Shown here one piece after another: positions 27,297 through 39,499 of a stretch of 64,000 bases of DNA. Source of the DNA: Octopus vulgaris. Its lineage: Eukaryota. The first letter of the stretch is position 1. Every line of letters starts with the position of its first letter. The position numbers and the translations under genes are program-made. The notes beneath the pieces are model-generated. The model ran no database searches. It was not told where the DNA came from and worked only from the letters and a program-made list of their open reading frames with translations. The stretch lies in NCBI GenBank assembly GCA_951406725.2, contig OX597816.1:59706001-59770000 (forward strand), given 5' to 3'.

Positions 27297-27809
27297 TTAA
27301 GCTGGTGTTTGTAACACAAATTAACATGGAATTTTGGAGGATTTTTATATTTAATTTATTTCATCTTCATTGTGGATCTTGACAAGGTTGTTTAATAAGG
27401 CTTACAAGTTTTGGAAGAAGGAAATTCTCTGTGGCTTCTATGATGGTCAGCACTTTAACTGGTGGTAGTGGTGGTGGGGTACTTCAGGAACATTTCCCTT
27501 GGAGCTGGTTTTAAAAAAATTTTTTTATTGTTCTTTGAACCAGGATTTCTTTATATCACTAGACATTGGTAGCATTGTGGAATAATCTAGTCTAAGTAGT
27601 TTGTTCTTCACACAGTAAAATGTTGGCTCAGTTGCTTGATGGTTTAACAGATTATCTAAGTCTTCTTTAACCCTTGTCAAATGTTTTTTTGACAACAGAT
27701 TAGTATTTCAGAACAGTTCTACTGTTTATGCCAGTGGTTCCCAACCCTTTTATTAAAATGAGTTTTCCCACGGACCCCTTTTAGTATGCCTGTCCTGATG
27801 TGTGTGTGC

Positions 27810-27860
<51 letters not shown>

Positions 27861-28820
27861 ATTGCAGTGTGGAAGGTGTTTATAAGCCATTTAAGAAACA
27901 CAAAATCCGTTAGATTAACTTTAACATCTAAATTTAATTTGTCAAAATATTTTGACAAATTAATAGGTAAGACCTATTACAAAAATGGTTGGTCGTAGCC
28001 TTCACATGTGTGGGGCTTTCGAGCATGAGTTTGCAGCCATCATACACACACATCATCATCGTTTTACATCCGCCCTCCATGCTGGCATGGGTGAGACTAT
28101 ATATGAATATATATATATACGCACACACACACATTTTTTCTTTTGTTTCTGTCATTTGACTGTGGCCATGCTGGAGCACTCTGTAGCCTAACAATTCGAC
28201 CCCAAGACTTATTCTTTGTAAGCCTAGTACTTTATTGATCTCTTTTGCCAAACTGCTGTGTGATGGAGATGTAAATGCACCAGCATCAGTTGTCAATCAA
28301 TGGTGGGGGAACAGGGACACACACACGCATATATATATGATGGGCTTCTCTCAGTTTCCGTCTACCAAATCTGCTCACAAGGCTTTGGTTGGACCAAGGC
28401 TATAGTAGATGATACTTGCCCAAGATGCCACACAATGGGACTGAACCCAGAACCATATGGTTGATGAGCAAGCTACTTACCACAAGTGGTGCTGGTTTGT
28501 TTACATTCCCAAAATCTAACAGTCTGACAAAAAGACTGATTGAACAAGTACCAGGCTTTAAGAATTAAGTACTAGGATTGATTTATTTGGCTAAAACTTC
28601 AAGGCTGTGCCCCAGCTTGGCCACAATCTAATGACAAACTTTTTCTTGTTAACATTTAATGAATGGACTGTCTTCCATAAGATGGCCATTCAGTTTCTGT
28701 GAACCACAGGTTTACAGTGGTTCGGATTTGTCCCAGTTGGTCATCCATAGTATTCTACATTCTATGGTAGCCTTACATTTTAACTGTTTCTTCGAAGGCC
28801 ACCAATATAATTGAACTGAC

Positions 28821-29051
28821 GGCGGCGAGCTGGCAGAAATGTTAGCACGCCAGGCAAAATGCCTAGTGGTATTTCGTCTGCCGTTACGTTCTGAGTTCAA
28901 ATTCTGCTGAGGTCGGCTTTGCCTTTCATCCTTTTGGGGTCGATTAAATAAGTACCAGTTAATCACTGGGGTCGATGTAATCAGCTTAATCCCTTTGTCT
29001 GTCCTTGTTTGTCCCCTTTATGTTTAGACCCCTGTGGGCAATAAAGAAATA
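28821..29051 (+). mobile_element. tRNA-derived SINE, full length (further copies ~1157-1360 +, 1745-1946 -, 29696-29915 -, 44612-44812 +, 62894-63121 -)
   Basis: GGCGGCGAGCTGGCAGAA head, B box GAGTTCAAATTC, central GCCTTTCATCCTTTTGGGGTCGATTAAATAAGTACCAG domain, A-rich tail; TSD AATATAA(T/C)TGAACTG at 28804-28818 and 29052-29066. Confidence 0.9.
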
Positions 29052-32000
29052 AATATAACTGAACTGTTAATCATGTGATGTATTGATGATGGGGTTGGGG
29101 TCGGAGGATTTACTCTGTTGAATCCTCCCTCAGTGAGTTTGTAGTAGTAGCAGTAGCATCATTGAATGGAGTGAGTATAAGAACACCAAACTTTACATTT
29201 TACTTCTTCTCTTCACAACAATTGAATTTGACATTCCTACATTCCATAAACTCTCTTCAGGTTATTGACCAGCTTGGTTGCTGTTAATTGGTTGTCTGTC
29301 CATTGACAAGGGGAGAAGAAAGGGCAGGAGACAGCTGTTTTGACAGACTAGTTGATTTGTGTTTTTCTGACTCAAGCAGCTTCTACTTTTAAAAAAAAAT
29401 TATCATATGAGAGCATCTTGGAGTACATTCATTGAAAATCACAAGGAAGGAATGGTTTTGTACTGGTCTGAAGAGTTTTGACCTTTCACCAATATTCTCT
29501 TATAAGAAAGGTCCCATTTGTTTTATTCAAAATATTACAGTTGTTTTGCTGAATACTCGAATGTTGTCTTTGAAAGGTTCATCAGCCCTTAAGGGGTTTT
29601 TGTATTTTTTTCAGGAGTTGTTAACAGATCTGTTTATATTGTAATAAAATTCCACGTATTACTTATGGTTATAGATAGGTATATATATATATATATTTCT
29701 TTATTGCCCACAAGAGGCTAAACAGAGAGGGGACAAACAAAGGTATTAAGTCGATTACATCAACCCCAGTGCATAACTGGTACTTATTTAATCAACTCCG
29801 AAAGGATGAAAGGCAAAGTCGGCCTCAGCAGAATTTGAACTCAGAAAGTAATGCGGTACGAAATACCGCTAAGCACTTTGCCTGGCGTGCTAATGATTTT
29901 GCCAGCTCACCACCCTAAATATATATGTAGCATAGGTACATAGCTATATCACGTGATCAACCAGACTCGGATGTTACACCTTGCTGGTCACAATGTGCTT
30001 CCTATTGTTTTGGCTTTCAAATGATGCCATTCCTGGCTAGGCAAACAGGCCAACATTTCCCCTGATCAGAAGGCTATTATTCTGTTACAGGGGTAACCCA
30101 TTTACAGCTGAGTAGACTGAAGCAACATGAAATGAAGTGCTATCTCAAGAACGCAATGTGTTGCTTGGCCGGCCCAAGAATCAAACCCATAATCTTTGCA
30201 TCATGAGTGCAATGCCCTAACCAGTAGAACGGACGCCTTTATGTATAATTATATAGCATAGATTAATTAAGCCTCCAAAAATGGATATATATATATATAT
30301 ATATATAAATAAAAGATTTCTTTTTTTTTTTTTGTTTGCTAATCTATTCTGGCAAAGACAGGTTTTAAAGATATTTCTGTTTATTTTAGTTGTTTTCATT
30401 GTGAAATAGACTTGCATCAAGCCTTACAAAATATATTCTGTCTAAAATTTATATTTAATTTAGAACAGGTTGCATTTTTAGATTTCAAATTTATTTTGTG
30501 TGTATGTATGTGTATTTTATAGATGTTGCCCATGATGATGTATGGAGTTAGCAAGGCATTTTCTGATGCTATATAATTTTTATATTGCTTATTGGGAGCT
30601 TTCCAGTTAGGTGTCTCTTAGACATTTTTTTTCTATGTGTAATATATAATATGGTGTGTGTGTGTGCCGAAATATCAGTTACTAAATATAAATAGCATGA
30701 TCAGATTCTTGGCTAATTATAATATTTTGTTATTGATCTATTTCATTTTGCAATTATTTGCTGTAGACTAGTTTAGCAAGCTTCAGTACATCTCTCAATA
30801 TTCACAATATTAACTAGGAAACGAGTTGATGAGTTCCAAGCATGTAGCAAGTTCCCAATTTTTGCTGTCATAACTTTGAATCTTGGCATTTGAAAAGACA
30901 TTTTTACCTTCTGTCAGTTTGATACAAAAAGAAAGAAAAAAGAGAATCTGGCTCAATGAACTCCATCTGACCCATGCAAGCATGGGAAAGTGGACGTTAA
31001 AACAATGCTTTTGTGAGTTAATTTAATGTCCACATTTCGTTACTATGCTTGTCTGGATCAGGGGCAGTTTGTTGAGGCAGATTTTCTACAGCTAGCTTCA
31101 GCTTCTGTCTTCCAAACCCACTTGCAAGGTTTTTTTGTCAGCCCTTGACTGTAGTAGAAGATACTTGCCCAAGATGTCTCACAGAGGAGCTGAACCTGGA
31201 ACCATGTAGGTGGAAAGCAAACTTCTTACCCATACAGCCACTTCTGCATGTGCTTGGATGTGCATGCACACACACACACACACACGTAAGTGTGCATGTC
31301 TGCTTGAGTTAAGCGTCAGTGTAAAGGCAGACTGTCTTGTTTAGTCTGCAACAGGTTTTTTTGGTTCTGGTGGGGTTTTTTGTTTTTTTTTTCTGAATTT
31401 TTTAATAGAAATACCAGGTTGAGTGATCTAGAACCTTAAAAAAAATGGTTTGTGTTCGTTCAGTAATTGTGTAGACAAGGAAGATAGTGTATGTGGTCAT
31501 TGGTGGAGAGAATGTGATGTTGTGGCTTTCAGTTGCTTTACTAGTTAGATAATTCATGTCAGTGCTAAAATTATTTTCTTGTTCCAAAACCCAACAGTTC
31601 TTTGTATCAATAAGCTCTGGTATCTGTGAGCCTTTTCTAACTAAATTTCTATTGAAATACTCATTTTAATTTTGAAAACATTGAAGAATTTAGTAAAATA
31701 TCTTTGTCACTGGTGCTGGTGCCACGTAATAAACACCCAGTACACTCTAAAGTGGTTAGCAGTAGGAAGAGTGCCAAAAGACTTCTTGATCCTGAGAAGA
31801 CTTCCAGTCTTCCCAGCTCCTATCAAACTGTCCAACCCATGCCAGCATGGGAAACTGACATTAAATGATTTTGATGAATTAACATGAAATTTGGAAGGTT
31901 TTTTTGATCACTTTAAAATGGGAAGTTTGTATCACAATGAAAGGTGGCCATGGGTGGGTTTATAAGGTTAGATGTGATTTTTTTATAAGGGTTAGAAGTG

Positions 32001-32095
32001 ATTTTTATGTAGGGAAATAGAATTGGTTGAATCAACAGGGTTTGTTCTTCTGTGATTGTCAAATCTTTGATATTGTATTAAATCTTGGGAGCTTT

Positions 32096-32357
32096 TACAG
32101 TTCTATATTTAAGAGATGAGGAATTATTTATATTTGATGGATATGGTGTAGTGGTTAAGAGTAGGCTACTAATCCCCAAAATTCATAGTTCGATTCCAGG
32201 CAGTGACCTGAATAATAACATCGAAAAATACCTTATGAATGAGAACCCAGGTTTGAAATTTCCCCAAGACACCTGATGAAGGCTGGAGGGTATATCAGCT
32301 GAAACGTGTTAACCACAAACAAGATGAGGACAAATATGTCAAATGCAAATAATGTAC
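32096..32357 (+). mobile_element. tRNA-headed hammerhead SINE with an inverted copy of its own 3' tail in front
   Basis: 32096-32144 is the reverse complement of the family 3' terminus; A box TGGTGTAGTGG, B box GTTCGATTCC; CTGATGA 32273-32279, GAAAC 32301-32305; flanked by CTTGG(G/T)AGCTTT at 32084-32095 and 32357-32368. Confidence 0.88.
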
Positions 32358-34951
32358 TTGGTAGCTTTGTTAGGTATCCTTAGAGATGTACTCTTTATGA
32401 AACTCTTTCTACCAGTTTTTATAATTACAACCACTACATGTGGAATTGATGGAGCGGGGGTGGTGGAGTGGATACTATTGTTTCAAGTGCAAAAGAGATT
32501 TCTTTCTTATCTAAGTACATCCAGTGTGTTTGACATAGTTTAAGAGAAGCTAATACTAAATTAACAACATGCAATAGTTGTAGTTAATTCATTGGTCTTA
32601 CCCCAAAACACTTTCAACTTCCTCTCAAACCTTCACACACCTCACTGGAGAAGAAAAAAAACCCCGCAAAATTTGAGTAAAAATGAACAGAAATTCTCTC
32701 CATTTTGTGTTATGTCTGAAAGAATATCAGTGTTTTTTCATCCCAAAGCCTCAAACTGACCAGAACTTTGTGAGTGGAAAACTGAAGAAGTCAGTCATCT
32801 GTAAGTCTGTCTGTCTGTCCCCTAACTCTGCCTGACAACCAGTGTTGGTGTGTTTACATCCCTGTATCTTAGCAGTTCATCAAGAGAACCAATAGCATTA
32901 GAACCAGACTAAAGTACTGGGATTGACTTGATTGACTAAAATTCAAGTCAGTGCTCCAGCATGGCCACAGTCTAATCACTGAAACTAGTAAAAGAAAGAT
33001 AAGTCAGTATTTAATGTTGGAACCTAATGGAATGCCTTGCCAATCTTTTACTTGGTTCAATCATTGGAACGTGGCCATGCTGGGGCTCTGCTTTGACAGG
33101 TTTTACTCTAACAAATCAACCCAAGTACTCATGTTTTTTGTTTTTTTTAAAGTCTAGAGCTTATTTTATTTGTCCCTTTGCTAAACTGCCAAGTTACAGG
33201 GGATGTAAACAAACCATCACCAGTTGTCAAGCAGTGAATGGGTGGGTGAGAAATGCAGGTACAAAGACATCATCAATTTAACGTCCCCTTTTCCATGCTT
33301 GTATGGGTTAGACAAGGCAAATTTTCTATGGTCAGGCCTCCTCCTGGTTACCAACCCTCACCTGTTTCAATGTAAAGTCACTTTTCCCCATGCTAAAGTC
33401 ACAGCAAGCACTCCATGCAAAATGCTTAGTGGCAGCATTTCACCTGTCTTTACATTCTGAGTTCAAAATCTGTCAAGGTTGTTTTTGCCTTTCATCCTTT
33501 CAGGGTCGATAAAATAAGTACCACTCGAGCACTGGGTTCAACTTATTCTCTCTGCCTAAACAGCTGGCCTTGTGCCAAAATATGAAATCAATATGTCCCC
33601 TGAAGGTCAGACACATTTTTTCATGAAAGACCGAAAATGAACACTGCTTGTATGACTGACACTTGTTTACAGCCACCATGTGATGTCAGTAAACACATAC
33701 ACACATGCCGGGCTTCTTTCTGTTTATATCTACCAAATCCACTCTTAAGGTTTTGGTTGACCTGGGGCTAAATTAAGACACTTGCTCAAGATGCCACACT
33801 GAGACTGAACCCAAAACCACATGGTCGCAGAGCAAGCTTCTTAACCACAGCCATTATTCCAGTTAAAGAGAAATGTCCACACTTTTATATTGTTTCTAAT
33901 GTAGACACAAGGCCTGAAATTTGCAAGGGCCAGGAACAGTTCACTGCTACTTTATTGACCCTTGAAGCGTGAATGGTAATGTTAACTTTGGTAGGATTTG
34001 AACTCAGAGTGTAAAGGGTTGGAACAAATACTACTGTAAGGTAATTTGTCCGACAGTCTTCACAGTTTTGCCTCTCTACTTACTGGACAACCATTGATGT
34101 AACTGTAAATAGGTGTAGGTGTGACTGTGTGGAAGAAGATTGCTTCTCAACAGCATGGTTCTGGGTTCAATCCCACAGCGTGCCACTTGGGGCAAGTGTT
34201 AGAGGATTTGGTAGACAGAAACTGAAAGAAGCCTCTCTCTCTCTGTGAGGGAGAGAGAAACTATCATTTATTGTTCATGCTGGCATGGGTTGGCTGGTTT
34301 GCTCAGGGCTGGTAAGCTGGAAGGCTGCACCAGACTCCTTTCTGATTTGGCACGGTTTTCTATGGCTGGATGCCCTTCCTAACACCAACCACTCCGAGAG
34401 TGTAATGAGTGCTTTTATGTGCCACCGGCATGACACCAGGGTGCATTTACATGCTACCAGCATGGGTGCCAATTTGCACGACACCAGTATCTGCCACAAC
34501 TGCCGATTTTGCTTGGCTTGATATATGTATAAAGTGTGTTTTTGTGTCTGTCTGTCCTCGAACTCTGCTTGAAAACTGGTATGGGTGTGTTTATGTCTCT
34601 GTAACTTAGTGGTTTGTCAAAAGAGACCAATAGAATAAGTACTAGACTTTAAAAAAACGTACTTGGGTCAATTTATTTGACTTAAATTCTTCAAGGCCAG
34701 CATGGCCACAGTCTAGTGAGTGAAGCAGCAAAATTTTTTTATTTAAATTACTACTAAAATGTTTTTTTTTCTTCTCTAAGATATTTCTTAAAAATGCTGT
34801 TACTGATTTGATTTTGTTGGTGCTAATTAGACTGCAGAGTCACCATTAGTTGCTATATTTTAATTTAGCATTCCTTCTTCTCTTCATTGTTTAAATATTA
34901 TTATTGCTTAACAGAAATTTGATTTCTTAGCACAATTTTATCTCTTGCGCA

Positions 34952-34984
<33 letters not shown>

Positions 34985-37396
34985 TCCATCTCCCCAGTGG
35001 CTGTTCCAGTGTGCCTCCCTTACCATCCTCCAGGGCAACATCTTTTCCATTTCAGCTGCAGGAGACATGGGACAGACTGACAAGTCAGATGTCTCTGAAA
35101 TATAATGTCTATTAGTACAATACTCTCCAGTAACATTTCACCATTGTTTTAATGTCATTTTCTCATACTTGAAATCTCATGATTGGGAAGTAAACTCCTT
35201 AACCATATGACCATACCTGCTTCTGTACTGATGTATTTCAGCATATTTATATTCTCCCATTCCACTCATCTTTCCTTATATATTGGAATTTTTTTTTTTT
35301 TTTTGTTTTTCATTGCCAGTATCTGTTACTTATTTTACACAAGTAGTTCTCCATGGGACAGTGGAGGTCAAACAACATATTTACCGATGCACTTTGCATA
35401 GTTAAAAACAAAGACAAAACACTCTTTTAGTATTTAGGTTATTCTGTCAAATCTAATGCTTATTTATTCACATTCATCATCATTGTTTAACATCTGCTTT
35501 CCATGCTGGCATGGGTTGTACAGTTTGACAGAGGACTGGCAAGCCAGAAGACTGCACCAGGCTTCAATCTGATCTGGCAATGTTTCTATAGCTGGATGCC
35601 CTTCCTAACGCCAACCACCCTGGGAGTGTAGCAGGTGCTTTTTACATGCCACCGGCACAGGAACCAGTCTGTGGGTACTAGCATCAGCCGCATTCAGATG
35701 GTACTCTTTATGTGCCACCGGCATGGGAGCCATTCAGGTGGACTGTTTTGTATTAATTTTGCACTATTTCATAGTTGTGAGATTTCAGTGATGTGATTAT
35801 TTTTAGAATGACTTTGTAGGGTTGGTGTGAAAGGCCAGATCTGGTTAGTTTGAACATAAAACAGACTATTTTGGCCAGATATGGCCATTTTAAATGCTAA
35901 AGAGTTGAAGTTCAACATTTAAAGCGAAGAAATATTTAAAATGACATGGAAAACAGATGTTAAACGATGAAGATTAACATTTTCTTAAGGTGCTCAACAA
36001 TATGGATTATATAAAGCTTAGAATATTTTTTTTAAAAAAACCACTGCTTGTCTACATACTCTTTGTAGCCTCTTTCTATCTCTCTCTTTTCTCCCTCTTA
36101 CTGACGTAGCCATGTCTCTCCTTTGTTCATTCTCTAACCGCTCATCACCTGGCACAAAGCCGCCTCCTTTGATACTACTCTCCCCCACCTCAGTTGAGAA
36201 GTCCTGTCTTATAAGTTACTTGGTGACTTTGCTGGTACCATGTAAAAAGCACTTAGTACACTCTGTAAAGTGTGTGGTTTTAGGAAGGGCATCCAAGGAC
36301 CATGCCAAAGCAGACAGTTGAACTTAACTCTTTTGATTTACCAGCTCCTGTCAAACCCTCTTTTTTAAACTTTGTACAGTCAGCTATTTCTATAGCATAC
36401 AAACACTTACTGTAATACCAGCACAAATATTCAGTTATTTGAAGCTGTAATATTTATGGTCTTGGTGACCCTGTCAGTGCTGATGTCACACAAAAGTACC
36501 TGGTGATGGTGCCATATAAAAAGCACTGGTACTTGTACCACATAAGTACCCATTACACTCATTACATAAAACAGTTAGCATTAGGAGGGGCATCCAGCTG
36601 TAGAAACCAAAGTAGGCAAAAGAACTTGGTGAGGCCCCTGGCCTTGCCAGCTTCTGTCAAACTGTCCAACCCATGATAAGTAGTCCATTGGTGTCCGATG
36701 ATGCAAAGTCTGTGCTCTCAGCGATGAGAGTGCATGCAGATCCACAATCTAAAGCTGGCAGCACACGGGTGTCACAGCGATAATCTGTTGACTAGATTGA
36801 AGGAGGTGCTGCATTGAGACCTTGTCGCCGGTTCTCTTCGAAGGCAGCTGCTGCTTGTGAGGTGAGAGAACGTTGAATGATGATGATGTGTTGATGGGAG
36901 TTCCATTTCTTAATGTAACTAGAAACTCAAGAGTGTTAAAATCTTCTCAACATAAAATATACAGGGTTAAACTGGATAAGTAGATAATATATTTGGTTAC
37001 CAGTTCATCTTATCCTTATGCCATACTCCACTCTTGGTTTGTGTAGCTGGTTCTAATCCTCTATAGATTTTCATTGAACAAGACAATATATTTTATGTCT
37101 CAACCCATATTCCACTGGAAAGGGTAAATCTGTTTTGGTGGGGTAAGATCAAGTGGGCTGATCCCCTATTTTAATGTATGTGATATTGTCCAGGATCCTA
37201 AATATAAACCTCAGATATCAGTAATGTTCTTTCAGGAAGAAGCTCTACCAATAGCAGGCCATCATCATAAAGTTAGAAATCTATGTTCCCTAGGACATAA
37301 TTTATCAAAATAATTACCACAGGTCTCTCCTGAGATACTGCACATCAAAATATCTAGGGCACAGTGCATTTTAGTATATAGTATAGGTCTGTACTG

Positions 37397-37773
37397 TGGA
37401 GGTGCAATGGCCCAGTGGTTAGGGCAACAGACTTGTGGTCATGGGATTGTGGTTTCGATTCCCAGATAGGGCATTGTGAGTGTTTATTGAGCGAAAACAC
37501 CTAAAGCTCCATGAGGCTCCGGCAGGGGGTAGTGGCAAACCCTGCAGTACTTTTTCACTACAACTTTCTCTCTCTCTTCCTGTTTCTGTTGTACCTGTAT
37601 TTCAAAGGGCCAGCCTTGTCACACTCTGTGCCATGCTGAATCTCCCCGAGAACTACATTAAGGGTACACACGTCTGTGGAGTGCTCAGCCAGTTACATGT
37701 TAATTTCACAAGCAGGCTGTTCCATTGATCGGATCAACTGGAACCCTCATCGTCGTAACTGAATGAGTACCAC
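37397..37773 (+). mobile_element. tRNA-derived SINE, second family
   Basis: GGAGGTGCAATGGCCCAGTGGTTAGGGCA...GGTTTCGATTCCC; colinear with the minus copy at 12448-12815. Confidence 0.88.
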
Positions 37774-39266
37774 AAGGTCTGTACTATGAGAACTATGGCA
37801 CATGTTGTAGTGTTAGTTATGACAATGCCTTATAACAGCAGTCCTCTTTCCATTCTGCGACCCTCATTCTAGATATCAGCAAAACCATTTACTGCAAGGT
37901 GAGGAGGAGGCAGAGTCAGTGAATGGGAAAGTGGACAGTGGGGTGGGGGTCAGCATGCTCCTCCTCTCCCAGTGGGTGGGGTGGTACTAGAAAGAAAACT
38001 AAAGATGAAACTGAGGGAGCAGGACAAACCTTCAAAGTAACATGTAAAAAAGGTTGCAAGAGGAGACAGGAGGTAAGAGATAGAAGTAGGGGCTGAAGTT
38101 AGTCAATTGTAAGTGAGGATGGAGTGCAATGGAAGTACAAGGCTTAAAAAAATACTGGGATCAATTCATTTAGCTAAAAATCCTTCAAGGTGGTGCCCCA
38201 GCATGGCCGCAGTCTAATGACTGAAATTAGTAAAAAAATAAATAAAGAATAAAAAAAGTAATGAAAATTAAATGGTGCTGGAATAAATCTTTGTGAAATA
38301 TTTTTGTGTAAATAATGGTTCTTCTTGGTTGCTTTTTTTCTACAGCAACTATTTTAAACTTATTGCTAATAACATATTTCGGTATGGCTGATGGCTCCTA
38401 TACATCGTGGATCTAGTTCTGTTTTATCTCACCATCGCTTATCTTTAGATTTAATCAAACTGTTGTTGTGGAACATTAGTTATATTCTATATTTTGATAT
38501 GATTTATATCTCCATTAAATAAACCAGATATTCCAATATTATGTTCACACTATTTGCTCCTGTTATCTGATTTAGCTAATGACTGTCTGGTTTGCTTTTC
38601 CCTCTATTGTTATACAAACCTGCAATAATTGTATAAATTAGCTTAAATTATCCAAATTGCTTGGTTTTGTTTTGCCTTTGCTTTTATAAAAGCAAGAAAT
38701 TATTGCATAAATTCGTTTAAATTACCCAAATTCTCTTTTCTACATCATGATTTTCATTATATTTTTTATGCCTGTTTTTCCATCTACTATGGGTTCGATG
38801 AGTATGCTGTTGAGGCATTGTTTTACAATCAGGTTTCCTTCCTACTGCAAATCCTTACATGCTTTTCAAAGAAGGGATTTCTTATTTTACTTGTCTTCGT
38901 AGGAGTAGGGCAGACAGGTTATTGTCAGAAGTGACAATGTCACTGATAGCAAAAGTAGCTTTCACAGAGCACATATGAAGGTAAATGCACACATGCATGT
39001 GTTTGCATGTATTTGATGACTTGTCAGTCTCTGTACCAAATTCACAAGGCTTTGGTCATGCTGGGGCTATAGTAGGAGGCAATTCTCCAAGGTGCGGTGC
39101 ATTGGGGCTGAACTCCAAACCATAAAACAGTTGGGAAACAAATTTCTTGACCACCCAGCTATTTCTAAACATGTATTAATTAGGTTAAAATATTTACTAT
39201 TGCTATGAAATGTTTGTGTGTGTATATAATTATTTAATCATTAATGTTTTTTTTTCTTCTTTTCAG

Positions 39267-39460
39267 TGGTTAGGTTTTTCCAAGAATATAGTGAACCAGA
39301 AGAAGGTGGAGAAACAATCAGCCAGCCACCTTCTCGTCGGGACATCAATCCTCTCCATCCTCCTCCGGCTGGTCCCTCTGAAGAAAACGTTTTGCTTCCT
39401 CTGCCAGAGAGCACACTCAACTGTAATTTAGGGATCCCTATTGTAGTACTTGTAACAAAA
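39267..39460 (+). CDS. DYNC1LI: Dynein LIC exon
   Basis: TTTCAG acceptor; LVRFFQEYSEPEE...VLLPLPESTLNCNLGIPIVVLVTK; GTAAGT donor at 39461; follows a ~25 kb intron; 194 nt. Confidence 0.96.
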
Positions 39461-39499
39461 GTAAGTACCCTATTCTCTAAGTCCTTCATGACTATATTC

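Noticed and set aside
14200-39266. Possible nested gene or extra exon in the 25-kb intron
   Set aside because: Flanking exons join in frame (QS-L-VRFF), and I found no spliceable, protein-like segment other than transposon remnants; small cassette exons cannot be excluded by eye
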